A stretch of DNA of 64,000 bases from Longimicrobiales bacterium (lineage in GTDB: Bacteria; Gemmatimonadota; Gemmatimonadetes; Longimicrobiales; Gaopeijiaceae), in contig CBDFMQ010000002.1 of assembly GCA_965249725.1 (NCBI GenBank), forward strand, positions 1,824,001-1,888,000, given 5' to 3'. This document shows, piece by piece, positions 1 to 8,545 of the stretch. Positions within the stretch are counted from its first letter, which is position 1, and the number at the start of each line of letters is the position of its first letter. The notes beneath the pieces are model-generated. The model saw only the letters and a program-made list of their open reading frames with translations, was not told where the DNA came from and made no database searches. Made by a program: the position numbers and the translations under genes.

Positions 1-663
1 GCCTCGGCCGGTCATGACCTCCGCGCCATATCGGACCGCGCGATCAGCCATCTCTACCACGAACCGATACGGATCACACGTGGCAGCGTCGGGAAAGTGG
101 ATTCCCCCGACCACCCCGTCCAAGAGAGCGGGCTCGATGTCCTGCAGCTCCCCACCAGTCAGAACGCGAGGGTTGTAGCCGTGATCCCGCATCATCGATG
201 CGTCTCGCTCGCCACCCTCGAGCCCCTTTTCCGTGTGGCAGATCTCGTAGTAGCCCTCTCGCTCGTATGTGCAGTCCAGGCTCTCTTCCTCGACCAGCGA
301 GTCGAAGAGCGCGAGCGTGGCATGACCGAGGGGAGCGAGGGCACCCATGCTCACGCTCAGATGCTCGTCGGTGGAATACTGGCGGAAGGTCCAAAGCCAA
401 CGGGCGAGCCCCGGATCCCAGCGTACGGGAATGTAGAGCGGGCTCTTGGGGTCCAGCAGGAGCTTCAGAGACTGGTGGATACGGCTGGGTTTGTTCAGCG
501 GAGGATGTCCGGCCGCCACCGTGCCCGCGTTCCCATAGGAGGCCGCCTTCCCGACCTCGTCCCTGTCCACCAACATGACCCTCGCCCCTGCCTTGGCGAG
601 GAAGTAGGCACAACAGGCCCCGATCACTCCGCCACCTACTATGACTACTCGCTTTTCAGACAC
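1..663 (-). CDS. FAD-dependent oxidoreductase, D-amino acid dehydrogenase (DadA)-like; partial, runs off the window's left edge
   Basis: Not in the ORF track. Manual translation from GTG at 663: MSEKRVVIVGGGVIGACCAYFLAKAG...ASYGNAG, i.e. the GxGxxG FAD motif plus the DadA-type ASxGNAG motif. Confidence 0.85.
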   Translation of the reverse strand, partial: MSEKRVVIVGGGVIGACCAYFLAKAGARVMLVDRDEVGKAASYGNAGTVAAGHPPLNKPSRIHQSLKLLLDPKSPLYIPVRWDPGLARWLWTFRQYSTDEHLSVSMGALAPLGHATLALFDSLVEEESLDCTYEREGYYEICHTEKGLEGGERDASMMRDHGYNPRVLTGGELQDIEPALLDGVVGGIHFPDAATCDPYRFVVEMADRAVRYGAEVMTGRG

Positions 664-694
664 GACCGCTCCGCTAGGTCACGGGTGTGGCCAT

Positions 695-1159
695 CTATTG
701 CGGGACGACGAACCGCACGGTGTCGGCGACCCATGGGCTCAGCGGGATGTGCGCTCCATCACCGACCACGGCGATGACCATGTGCTCGCCCGGCGCCAGG
801 TCGGTCAACTCCATCTCCGTCTGCGCTTGGCCCATGTGGATATGCACACCTGGTGTGGACGGGATCGGCACACCGGCCTCGGGAAGATCCGTATCGACCA
901 CGAGGTGATGGTGGCCCGTGCCTTCGTCCATCGTCCCCGCAGGGGCGACGACCAGGTCGGACACGTCGAGCATGACGACGACTGAGTTACCTTCGATCAC
1001 GGCGTCGTTGGTAGGCTGGGTGATCATGACCGCGGGGACCGCCGGGGCCGGAAGAGCCTCGGCCGTCTCCGTCTCGTCCGCATCAGGTGAGCCTCCGCAT
1101 GCCGAGAGCACGAGTACGAAGGCTGTGGCGGTTGAAAGCGTTGCGGTTCGGGACGGCAT
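695..1159 (-). CDS. DUF4399-like lipoprotein
   Basis: ATG at 1159 with GGAG RBS; lipobox LSAC; GTGHHHLVVD and IHMGQAQTE...LAPGEH motifs. Confidence 0.75.
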   Translation of the reverse strand: MPSRTATLSTATAFVLVLSACGGSPDADETETAEALPAPAVPAVMITQPTNDAVIEGNSVVVMLDVSDLVVAPAGTMDEGTGHHHLVVDTDLPEAGVPIPSTPGVHIHMGQAQTEMELTDLAPGEHMVIAVVGDGAHIPLSPWVADTVRFVVPQ

Positions 1160-1451
1160 GGCAGGGCTCCTGGCGGGTGGAGAGGTCTCAAACGGTGGTC
1201 CAACCCAATGGCGGAACAACCTATTCGGTCGCCGCCGCTGTGGGCAATACGAGCCCTGGGCGAAAGCCACGACCCGGGCTAACGTAGATGCGAGTGTTGT
1301 ATCCGTCCCCGAGGGGTGACACGATGTGTCCGGTTTCAGCCACGAAGGAGCCCCCCTCGACCACGCTCAAGAGCGGTATCCATAGGCTTTAACGGTCGGC
1401 ACACAACTTGCTCCGGCCCTGGCAGGAACCCCTAGCAACCGAAGGACCAAC

Positions 1452-1820
1452 ATGCGCTCTTCCAGTGCGATCATCGGCCTCGCCCTTCTCCTCAGCGCTT
1501 GCGCCAGCGCCAGCGGCACGAGCAATCGGCAAAACAGAGACGTGATGACTCAGGCGCAGCTCCTCGAGACGGGGCAAACCAACGCGTACGATGCCGTTCG
1601 GAGCCTTCAGCCCCGGTGGCTCAGACCCGGCATGTCAGTCTACATCGACGGGGCCCCGGCGGCCGGCGGTCGCGAAGCGGGGCGGGATGAAGGTGTGGAC
1701 TACCTCCGCAACCTTCAGGTCACGAGCGTCCGGGAGATGCGCTACCTCGATCCCCGACTGGCATCGATTCGTTACGGAATGGGGATGGGGGTCGTCGTAG
1801 AAGTAACGATGGTCAGGTAG
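1452..1820 (+). CDS. Small hypothetical lipoprotein with a TonB-plug-like fold
   Basis: AAGGA RBS; lipobox LSAC; NAYDAVRSLQPRWL...VYIDG...EMRYLD pattern. Confidence 0.7.
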   Translation: MRSSSAIIGLALLLSACASASGTSNRQNRDVMTQAQLLETGQTNAYDAVRSLQPRWLRPGMSVYIDGAPAAGGREAGRDEGVDYLRNLQVTSVREMRYLDPRLASIRYGMGMGVVVEVTMVR

Positions 1821-3189
1821 CGGCCTCGCCATCCGCAGGCCGCCCTTCGGCGCTCCGGCGGAGGAACCCGTAGACCCACCATCCGGCACCTCCCAGGATG
1901 GCGATCAGTAGCAGCCATCCCAGCACGTTCACGAGTAGGGTGGTGTCGAGCGCCGGCCACCGGAACTGATACTGTATCAGGGCGCTCCCCCGTGCGGTCA
2001 TCCAGTGCCACCCGGTATGGGCTACGAGGGCCGATAGGATGATGGTCCCCATCCGCTCCGCGACCCCGTAGCGGAAGAGCGCCTCGAGCACCGGAACCAT
2101 CATCACGAGCACGAGCAGTTGTCCAAGTTCGACTCCCACGTTGAACGAAAGAAGCGACATCAACATGTGAGATCCGGCGAACTGGAGCGTCTCCCGCAGA
2201 GCGAACGAAAACCCGAATCCATGGATGAGGCCGAACCCGAGCGTGATTGCCCATCGACGATGAAGGCCGATCTTCCCCACGATGTTCTCAAGCGCCATGT
2301 AGACGATCGACGCGGCGATGAGGGTCTCGACCAACGGCGGGAACCACAGAGTATCCGGAGCCAGCCCGAAGGCGGACGCGATCAACGTGATCGAATGCGC
2401 CACAGTGAACGCCGTCACGATGACGATGAGGGGCTTCAGACGCCGGAACGGAATCACCAGGCAAAGCAGAAACAGCAGGTGGTCGATCCCGTCCAGGATG
2501 TGAAAGAAGCCGAGCTGGACGAACCGGAAGGCGGCCTGATGCCACCGCGGATCGAGCCGCACCACACCCATGTCACCGTTGTACTGAAAGGCCCGAACGG
2601 CCCCACTGGGCGGCATGAAGCGGAGCACGGTCACCACGCGCAGTGCGAGGCGCTCGAGCCCCGGACGGATCGAGAAGTCGGATTGATCCGATTCGATCGG
2701 GTATTCGAACAGGATGTCGAGCAGGGCCTGCTGCCAGTATAGCTGGGTCTCGTCGGGGAGCCGCGGGCCCGTGACGTGAGCCAACGCACCCGCGTAGGTC
2801 GCGAACGACTTGTCCGAGGGGATCGAAGCCAGCACGGCCACGAGTTCCTGGCCCTCGAGACGGGTACCGTTCTCGAAGATCTCGACCTCATCGCCGATCC
2901 ACTGCATGGCCGCATCACGGAGAGACGCCTCGGCGCGGGCTATATCCAGGTATCCAGGCCCGAGCAGAGGAAACTCCATGTCCTGCATGGCGGTGAGTGG
3001 CACCCGCACAAGAAGCCTCAGTGTCCGGCCCTCGGGTTTGACGATCGCCTGGACCGTCACGTCGCCCGGGATCTCGTGTAGGACGACCGGCGCCACGGCC
3101 GCAGAGCCCGTGGGACGTGCGAGGACCAAAGTGGCCGCCAGGGCGACCATCAGGCACACGTCCATGACTCTTGGGTTGATTCTCGGCAA
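1813..3189 (-). CDS. HupE/UreJ-family membrane protein with an N-terminal periplasmic domain
   Basis: HILDGIDHLLFL, FTVAHSITL, FGLIHGFGF and SFNVGVELGQ motifs; start is TTG 3189 or ATG 3165, so the ORF-track start at 3498 is over-extended. Confidence 0.85.
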   Translation of the reverse strand: MPRINPRVMDVCLMVALAATLVLARPTGSAAVAPVVLHEIPGDVTVQAIVKPEGRTLRLLVRVPLTAMQDMEFPLLGPGYLDIARAEASLRDAAMQWIGDEVEIFENGTRLEGQELVAVLASIPSDKSFATYAGALAHVTGPRLPDETQLYWQQALLDILFEYPIESDQSDFSIRPGLERLALRVVTVLRFMPPSGAVRAFQYNGDMGVVRLDPRWHQAAFRFVQLGFFHILDGIDHLLFLLCLVIPFRRLKPLIVIVTAFTVAHSITLIASAFGLAPDTLWFPPLVETLIAASIVYMALENIVGKIGLHRRWAITLGFGLIHGFGFSFALRETLQFAGSHMLMSLLSFNVGVELGQLLVLVMMVPVLEALFRYGVAERMGTIILSALVAHTGWHWMTARGSALIQYQFRWPALDTTLLVNVLGWLLLIAILGGAGWWVYGFLRRSAEGRPADGEAAT

Positions 3190-3346
3190 GACTCGTCCTC
3201 TTTCCTTTCCCGACCCTGCACGGCCAGGAGACCCTACACGATCCTCGGCGCATTCGGGTGACCAATATACGGAATCTGGTTGTAAGGGCGACCGACTCGT
3301 ATACTGACCGTCCCGCTTCGCATGCACCTGGTATTCAGCACAGAGG

Positions 3347-4591
3347 ATGGCCATGAAATCGACGCGTAGTTTCCTCATTCTGGGAACCCTGCTCTCGCTC
3401 ACATCAGCGATGGGAGCGTGTGAGGGCGCACCGGATGCGGCCGCCGCTGCTGATGCTGGAGAGGCACCCATGTTCGAGGTGGACCCGTTCTGGCCCAAAC
3501 CCCTGCCGAACCATTGGCTTCAGGGTGCCACGATCGGTGTCGCTGTCGACTCTCGGGACCACGTGTGGATCGTGCACCGCAACACCCCGGATCAATTCGC
3601 CGCGCGCACCGAGATCGGTCTTGCGCAGGATCCGCCGCTGAGTGAGTGCTGCCAGCCAGCACCGCCGGTCCTCGAGTTCGATCCGGACGGCAACTTGGTG
3701 GGCTCGTGGGGTGGACCGTCCGACTCCGGGGAGTTCGAGTGGCCGCTGTCGAACCACGGCATCGAAGTGGACAACATGGACAACGTCTGGATCGGCGGGA
3801 ACGGACCCTCCGACTCCCATGTCCTGAAGTTCGCTCGGGACGGCACATTCCTGATGCAGATCGGACAGGCGGGAGCTCGGGTCACCGGCACGAGTCCTGA
3901 AGGCAGGGAGATCATCGAGCGGAACAGCATGGACATGGAGAGCTTTGGGCAGGTCGCAAAGGTCTCGTTCAATGCCGCCGACAACGAGATCTTCGTCGCG
4001 GACGGTTACCTGAACAAGCGCATCGTAGTGATCGACGCAAACACAGGGGACTTCAAGCGGTACTGGGGAGCGTACGGCAATCCGCCCAACGATGAAGAGG
4101 CGGCCGCCATGGGGCGCTATTCACCAGGCGATCCCCCCGCGCCGCAGTTCCGTGGGCCGGTTCACTGCGCCGAGCCGTCCAATGACGGTCTCGTCTATGT
4201 TTGCGACCGTGCTGCCGACCGCATTCAGGTCTTCCAGCTCGACGGCACATATGTGAGCGAGGTCTTCATCGCTCCGGCGACGCTATCCCAGGGCTCCACC
4301 TGGGACATCGCCTTCTCGCCGGATCCCGAACAGCGGTTCATCTATCTGGCCGATGGCCAGAACATGAAGGTGTACGTCATCGAACGTGAATCGATGGAGG
4401 TCTTGTACAGCTTCGGTGACGGTGGACGGCAGCCCGGGCTCTTCTTCGCGGTCCATAGCATCGCGACCGACTCGGAAGGCAACATCTATACGACCGAGAC
4501 CTACGAGGGTAAGCGGGTTCAGAAGTTCCTCTACCGCGGCATGGGCCCGGTCACGGCCGAGAACATCGGCGCTCCCTGGCCGGGTAACTAG
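3347..4591 (+). CDS. NHL-repeat beta-propeller lipoprotein (PAL-like)
   Basis: Signal peptide ending in GAC; FEVDPFWPKPLP start; repeated NHL blades (GVAVDSRDHVW, HGIEVDNMDNVW, VADGYLNKRI, HSIATDSEGNIY). Confidence 0.85.
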   Translation: MAMKSTRSFLILGTLLSLTSAMGACEGAPDAAAAADAGEAPMFEVDPFWPKPLPNHWLQGATIGVAVDSRDHVWIVHRNTPDQFAARTEIGLAQDPPLSECCQPAPPVLEFDPDGNLVGSWGGPSDSGEFEWPLSNHGIEVDNMDNVWIGGNGPSDSHVLKFARDGTFLMQIGQAGARVTGTSPEGREIIERNSMDMESFGQVAKVSFNAADNEIFVADGYLNKRIVVIDANTGDFKRYWGAYGNPPNDEEAAAMGRYSPGDPPAPQFRGPVHCAEPSNDGLVYVCDRAADRIQVFQLDGTYVSEVFIAPATLSQGSTWDIAFSPDPEQRFIYLADGQNMKVYVIERESMEVLYSFGDGGRQPGLFFAVHSIATDSEGNIYTTETYEGKRVQKFLYRGMGPVTAENIGAPWPGN

Positions 4592-4610
4592 CAGAGCCCC
4601 GAGCGCCGTA

Positions 4611-4808
4611 AGCCCGAAAGGCATCGCCACCCTCGCGGCACTCACGGCATGTGGAGGCACACCCGGACCCGGCGACTCGGGCTACGCCTACAACGTGGAC
4701 GGAGCCTACACAGGGGCCGTGTCCGAAGGCGGAGACGGCCTGTCGGGACCCGTCACGATCGATGACTGCGGGCAGGTCTTGGGCGCGAGCGTCCGCTACA
4801 CACGGTAG
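4611..4808 (+). pseudogene. Possible remnant of a small lipoprotein gene with no start codon
   Basis: KGIATLAALTACGG lipobox-like segment followed by a short beta-rich tail; no plausible start or RBS after the NHL stop. Confidence 0.3.
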
Positions 4809-4823
4809 GCCGCGGAGCCCCAC

Positions 4824-4846
4824 ACTGTAGGGTGTTCCCCTACAGT
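4824..4846. promoter_or_regulatory. Perfect 9-5-9 palindrome, candidate LuxR/NarL/GacA-type operator
   Basis: ACTGTAGGG-TGTTC-CCCTACAGT. Confidence 0.4.
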
Positions 4847-4999
4847 TTCCGAATTCCTCGTGTTGGCGGCACCGGCCGATTTCACCGAGAACGCGCTCAT
4901 TGCGAGTCGCGACTGGGAGACGTTGTTCGAGAGAATCCGTTCGGCTGGGAGACGAGTCATAGTCGAAGCGAGGTCCGCTTCCTTCGTGCACCTCAAACG

Positions 5000-5034
5000 G
5001 GGGTGACGGCCACCGGCCGTCACCCCTTCTGCTT
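5000..5034 (+). terminator. Strong hairpin, probable intrinsic terminator
   Basis: GGGGTGACGGCC-ACC-GGCCGTCACCCC (12-bp perfect stem) followed by TTCTGCTT. Confidence 0.55.
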
Positions 5035-5183
5035 CCCGCCGGCCCCATTGCCCGCCCCAGCCCACGTGCGCACCTTCGAGGCCATCGTGCCGCGGGTTTC
5101 CCCTCGGGTGACGAGACACGGAATCCGTCGACAGAAAGTGCCGACGATCGACTGGTTGGACGGGGCCGCATGGAGAACGCTTC

Positions 5184-5957
5184 ATGAATCGAATCGAGGG
5201 AAAGACCGCCGTCATCACAGGCGCGACGTCCGGAATCGGCAAGTCCTGCGCCCGCCAGTTTGCCGAACGCGGGGCCAACCTGGTTCTGCTCGCACGCAGG
5301 GAGGAGCGGCTCGAGGCCCTACGGGACGAGTTGTCCGAAACGGGGGTCAACGTCGAAGTCAGGGTCCACGACGTCCGAGACCGGACGCTGGCCAACGAGT
5401 TGGCCGACGACCTGAAGGAGCGGGGCATCGCCCCGGACATCCTCCTCAACAATGCGGGCCTCGGTCGCGGCCTGGGAACGATCCAGGAAGGCGATATCGA
5501 GGACTGGGAGGAAATGATAGACACCAACGTCAAAGGACTCCTTTACATGACCAGGGCGATCCTGCCGCTCATGGTCGAACGCGACCAAGGCCACGTCATC
5601 AACATCGGGAGCATCGCCGGACTGTGGGTGTACCCGGCTGGCAACGTGTACAACGCGACGAAGTTCGCGGTGCATGCGCTCAACGAGGCAATGAGCATCG
5701 ATCTCGTCGGAACGAACGTCCGGGTGTCGAGCATCGACCCAGGAGCCGTCGAAACAGAGTTCTCGCTCGTGCGATTCCACGGGGATGAGGAAAGGGCGGA
5801 GAAGATCTACCAGGGTTACACACCCCTCGCTCCGGATGACGTAGCCGACGCCGTGTGCTACGTGGCCAACGCTCCGCCCCACGTCGACATCCTCCAGTTA
5901 GTCATGATGTGCACCGCCCAACGATCCGCCACCGTCTTCCACAAGGAGATTCCGTGA
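5184..5957 (+). CDS. SDR-family NAD(P)-dependent oxidoreductase (YdfG-like)
   Basis: TGATSGIG, NNAG, YNATK catalytic motif, PGAVETEFS; GGAG RBS. Confidence 0.93.
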   Translation: MNRIEGKTAVITGATSGIGKSCARQFAERGANLVLLARREERLEALRDELSETGVNVEVRVHDVRDRTLANELADDLKERGIAPDILLNNAGLGRGLGTIQEGDIEDWEEMIDTNVKGLLYMTRAILPLMVERDQGHVINIGSIAGLWVYPAGNVYNATKFAVHALNEAMSIDLVGTNVRVSSIDPGAVETEFSLVRFHGDEERAEKIYQGYTPLAPDDVADAVCYVANAPPHVDILQLVMMCTAQRSATVFHKEIP

Positions 5958-5972
5958 GGAGGAGAGTGGCGC

Positions 5973-7196
5973 TTGAGCCCATATAGGTCGTCTCCCGCTC
6001 TCATCGTTTTCGCCTTATGGCTCCTGGTCTTCGCTGCCAGCAGCCAGATCATGATCATCTCACCGATTCTCCCCCGAATCGGCGAGGAACTCGGAATCGC
6101 AGAATCCGTCCTCGGCACGCTGGTATCGGCCTACTCCATCATGGTCGGTGCGTTCGCCATCATCTCGGGCCCGATATCGGACAAGATCGGACGCCGCCGC
6201 ATCCTGCTGCTGGGATCGGGCTTGATGACCCTGGCGTTGCTGATGCACCACTTCGTCGTGGGGTACTACTCGTTCCTGGCGGTTCGGGTGGGCGCTGGGC
6301 TCGCGGGCGGAATCCTGAGTGGATCCGCCGTGGCCTATGTCGGTGACTACTTCCCGTACAACAAGCGAGGCTGGGCCACCGGGTGGGTGATGAGCGGGAT
6401 GGCCGCCGGCCAGATCGCGGGCATCCCGCTCGGAATCGTACTCGCCGGCGCCTTCGGCTTCCGCGCTCCCTTCTACCTGTTCGCCGGCGCGATGGCGATG
6501 ACCTGGCTGCTCATCTGGTTGCGTGTGCCACAGCCGGACGTGAAACGCACCCGCGGTCCCCTCAGCGTCGTCAGAGCCATCCGCGGGTACAAAAAGCTGC
6601 TAAGACGGAAAGAGGTCGCCTCGGCGACTGTGGCCTACTTCCTGATGTTCATGGGAGTCTCACTGTACGTGGTCTATCTGCCGTACTGGCTCGAGCAGGA
6701 CCTCGGCGTCACTCCTGGTGCGATAGCCCTCATGTTCGTGGTGGGCGGAATCGCCAACGTGCTGACGGGCCCTCAGGCCGGAAGGCTCTCGGATCGGATC
6801 GGCCGCAAGCGTATCGTGATCCTATCCAGCCTCGGACTCGCGGTCGTGATGACGTTGACCACCTGGGCCATCCGAGGCTCAGGCACCGCCTACGTCCTCT
6901 TCTTCATCACCATGGTCCTAGTGGCCATGCGCATGAGCCCGTTCTCGGCCCTTTTGACGGCCCTGGTGAGCGACGACCGCCGCGGTTCACTCATGAGCCT
7001 GGCGGTCGCCATCGGTCAGGTCGGGTTTGCGATGGGGGCGGCGGTGGCCGGTCCACTCTACACGCGTTTCGGCTTTGTGAGCGACACGGTACTCGGGGCC
7101 ATCGCCGTCATGGCCATGGCGGCCGTGGTGGCCTATCTGGTACCGGAACCGGACCTGGAGGCCCTCCCCACCACTGTGGTTGGCGCGGCAGACTGA
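5973..7196 (+). CDS. MFS transporter
   Basis: About 12 hydrophobic helices; motif A GPISDKIGRR repeated as GRLSDRIGRK; GGAGGAG RBS before TTG. Confidence 0.93.
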   Translation: MSPYRSSPALIVFALWLLVFAASSQIMIISPILPRIGEELGIAESVLGTLVSAYSIMVGAFAIISGPISDKIGRRRILLLGSGLMTLALLMHHFVVGYYSFLAVRVGAGLAGGILSGSAVAYVGDYFPYNKRGWATGWVMSGMAAGQIAGIPLGIVLAGAFGFRAPFYLFAGAMAMTWLLIWLRVPQPDVKRTRGPLSVVRAIRGYKKLLRRKEVASATVAYFLMFMGVSLYVVYLPYWLEQDLGVTPGAIALMFVVGGIANVLTGPQAGRLSDRIGRKRIVILSSLGLAVVMTLTTWAIRGSGTAYVLFFITMVLVAMRMSPFSALLTALVSDDRRGSLMSLAVAIGQVGFAMGAAVAGPLYTRFGFVSDTVLGAIAVMAMAAVVAYLVPEPDLEALPTTVVGAAD

Positions 7197-7362
7197 GCCG
7201 ACGGGAGCCGGACACTACCCGGACCAGCGGTCCGCCGTCGCCGAGGGTAGTCAGGTGCTCAAGAGGACGAGATGCGGTAAAATACGTGGAGGGGTCTCGC
7301 ACCCTCGCCGATCCGGAGACCCGGATCCCCCCTCGACATATGCGTAGGAGCAGCCACACCTG

Positions 7363-8427
7363 GTGAGCACGCCTCAGAACAAAGCCCCGATCCTACTCGT
7401 GGAGGACGCGGTAGATCAGATCCTCCTCCTGAGAACGCTCATCGAGCAGGCGGGTCCCTATCACGTCACGTCCGCGCAGGACGGGCAAAAGGGGCTCGAG
7501 CTGCTCCTGGGAGGCGGGTGGGCCCTGGCGCTTATCGACCTGAACCTGCCGGGGCTCGACGGAATCGAAGTGATCCAACGGGGAAAGGAGGCGCACCCCG
7601 ACATTCCGATCGTGGCGATCACCGGCTCTACGAGTAGCCTGATGATCGACGGCGCCTTCCGCGCCGGGGCCGAATACGTGATGAACAAGCCCATCGAACG
7701 CGATGAACTCCTACGGAAGGTCAGGGAGTTCGTGCAGATCGAGGGTGAGGGGCAAGTCCGTTCGGGCCCAGCTGCCGGGGACCTCGATTCCGGCGAGAGC
7801 GCCCCCGACGAGGACGGTGTCGACGGTGCTGCGGCAACCGGTCCGACCGTGGTGGCCGTCGGCGCCCAACCGGGCGATGTCGAGATGGGCTGCGGGGGTA
7901 TTCTCTTCAAGCACCGAGCCGAGGGACATCACGTCGTGATTCTGAACCTAGCCGGTGGTGGGGACCCGCACTCCAACCAGGCCACCGCCGCTGTGCGCGC
8001 CGCCGGAGTCCTGGGAGCCCAACTGACGAGCGTGGGGGACGACGGCACCATCGATCTGGAGGCGGCCACCGAGCTACTGGAGTCCGTAATCGCCGAGACC
8101 AGCCCCGGCATGCTCTACCTTCCGACGGCGTCCTCACAGAGACACAGTTCGGTCGAGAGCAACAGGGTCGCGCTCGCCGCGGCCGAGGGTGTTCGAAACG
8201 TCCTCGCCTACGAGTGTCCTACCGCGACCCCGGATTTTCGTCCTCAGTTCTTCGTCGACGTGGGCCCGTTCATGGCCAGGAAGAAGGAAATGCTCCTGCC
8301 CTACGGCGACCTCGGCCTAGAGAACGTAGACCCGGAGTTGGCAGCCGCGACCGCCCGATACTGGGGGCGATTCATGGATCCGGAACTGGTCGAGCCCTTG
8401 GAGGTCATTCGGCGCGGGGGCTCCTGA
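7363..8427 (+). CDS. Response regulator receiver domain fused to a degenerate PIG-L/LmbE deacetylase domain
   Basis: REC residues: LLVED, IDLNLPGLDG (phospho-Asp), ITGS, NKP; C-terminal half VAVGAQPGDVEMGCGG...YECPT...FRPQFFVDV resembles LmbE. Confidence 0.85.
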   Translation: MSTPQNKAPILLVEDAVDQILLLRTLIEQAGPYHVTSAQDGQKGLELLLGGGWALALIDLNLPGLDGIEVIQRGKEAHPDIPIVAITGSTSSLMIDGAFRAGAEYVMNKPIERDELLRKVREFVQIEGEGQVRSGPAAGDLDSGESAPDEDGVDGAAATGPTVVAVGAQPGDVEMGCGGILFKHRAEGHHVVILNLAGGGDPHSNQATAAVRAAGVLGAQLTSVGDDGTIDLEAATELLESVIAETSPGMLYLPTASSQRHSSVESNRVALAAAEGVRNVLAYECPTATPDFRPQFFVDVGPFMARKKEMLLPYGDLGLENVDPELAAATARYWGRFMDPELVEPLEVIRRGGS

Positions 8428-8545
8428 TCCGGCGCGGGAATGTAGCCGCCACGGGTCTCGATCGATTAGAATACTCTAGTTTCCCCACGCCGCCGGACGC
8501 CACTAGCGTTCGGCGGCACCTTTTCCCAAGGTCCGGAGGCGACCC

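Noticed and set aside
97..777. 226-aa plus-strand ORF
   Set aside because: Antisense to the DadA-like gene, which has clear FAD-binding motifs.
7197..7362. Structured RNA or riboswitch (ACTACCC/GGGTAGT and GGGTCTC/GAGACCC pairings)
   Set aside because: Short GC-rich stems are expected by chance; no recognisable riboswitch consensus.
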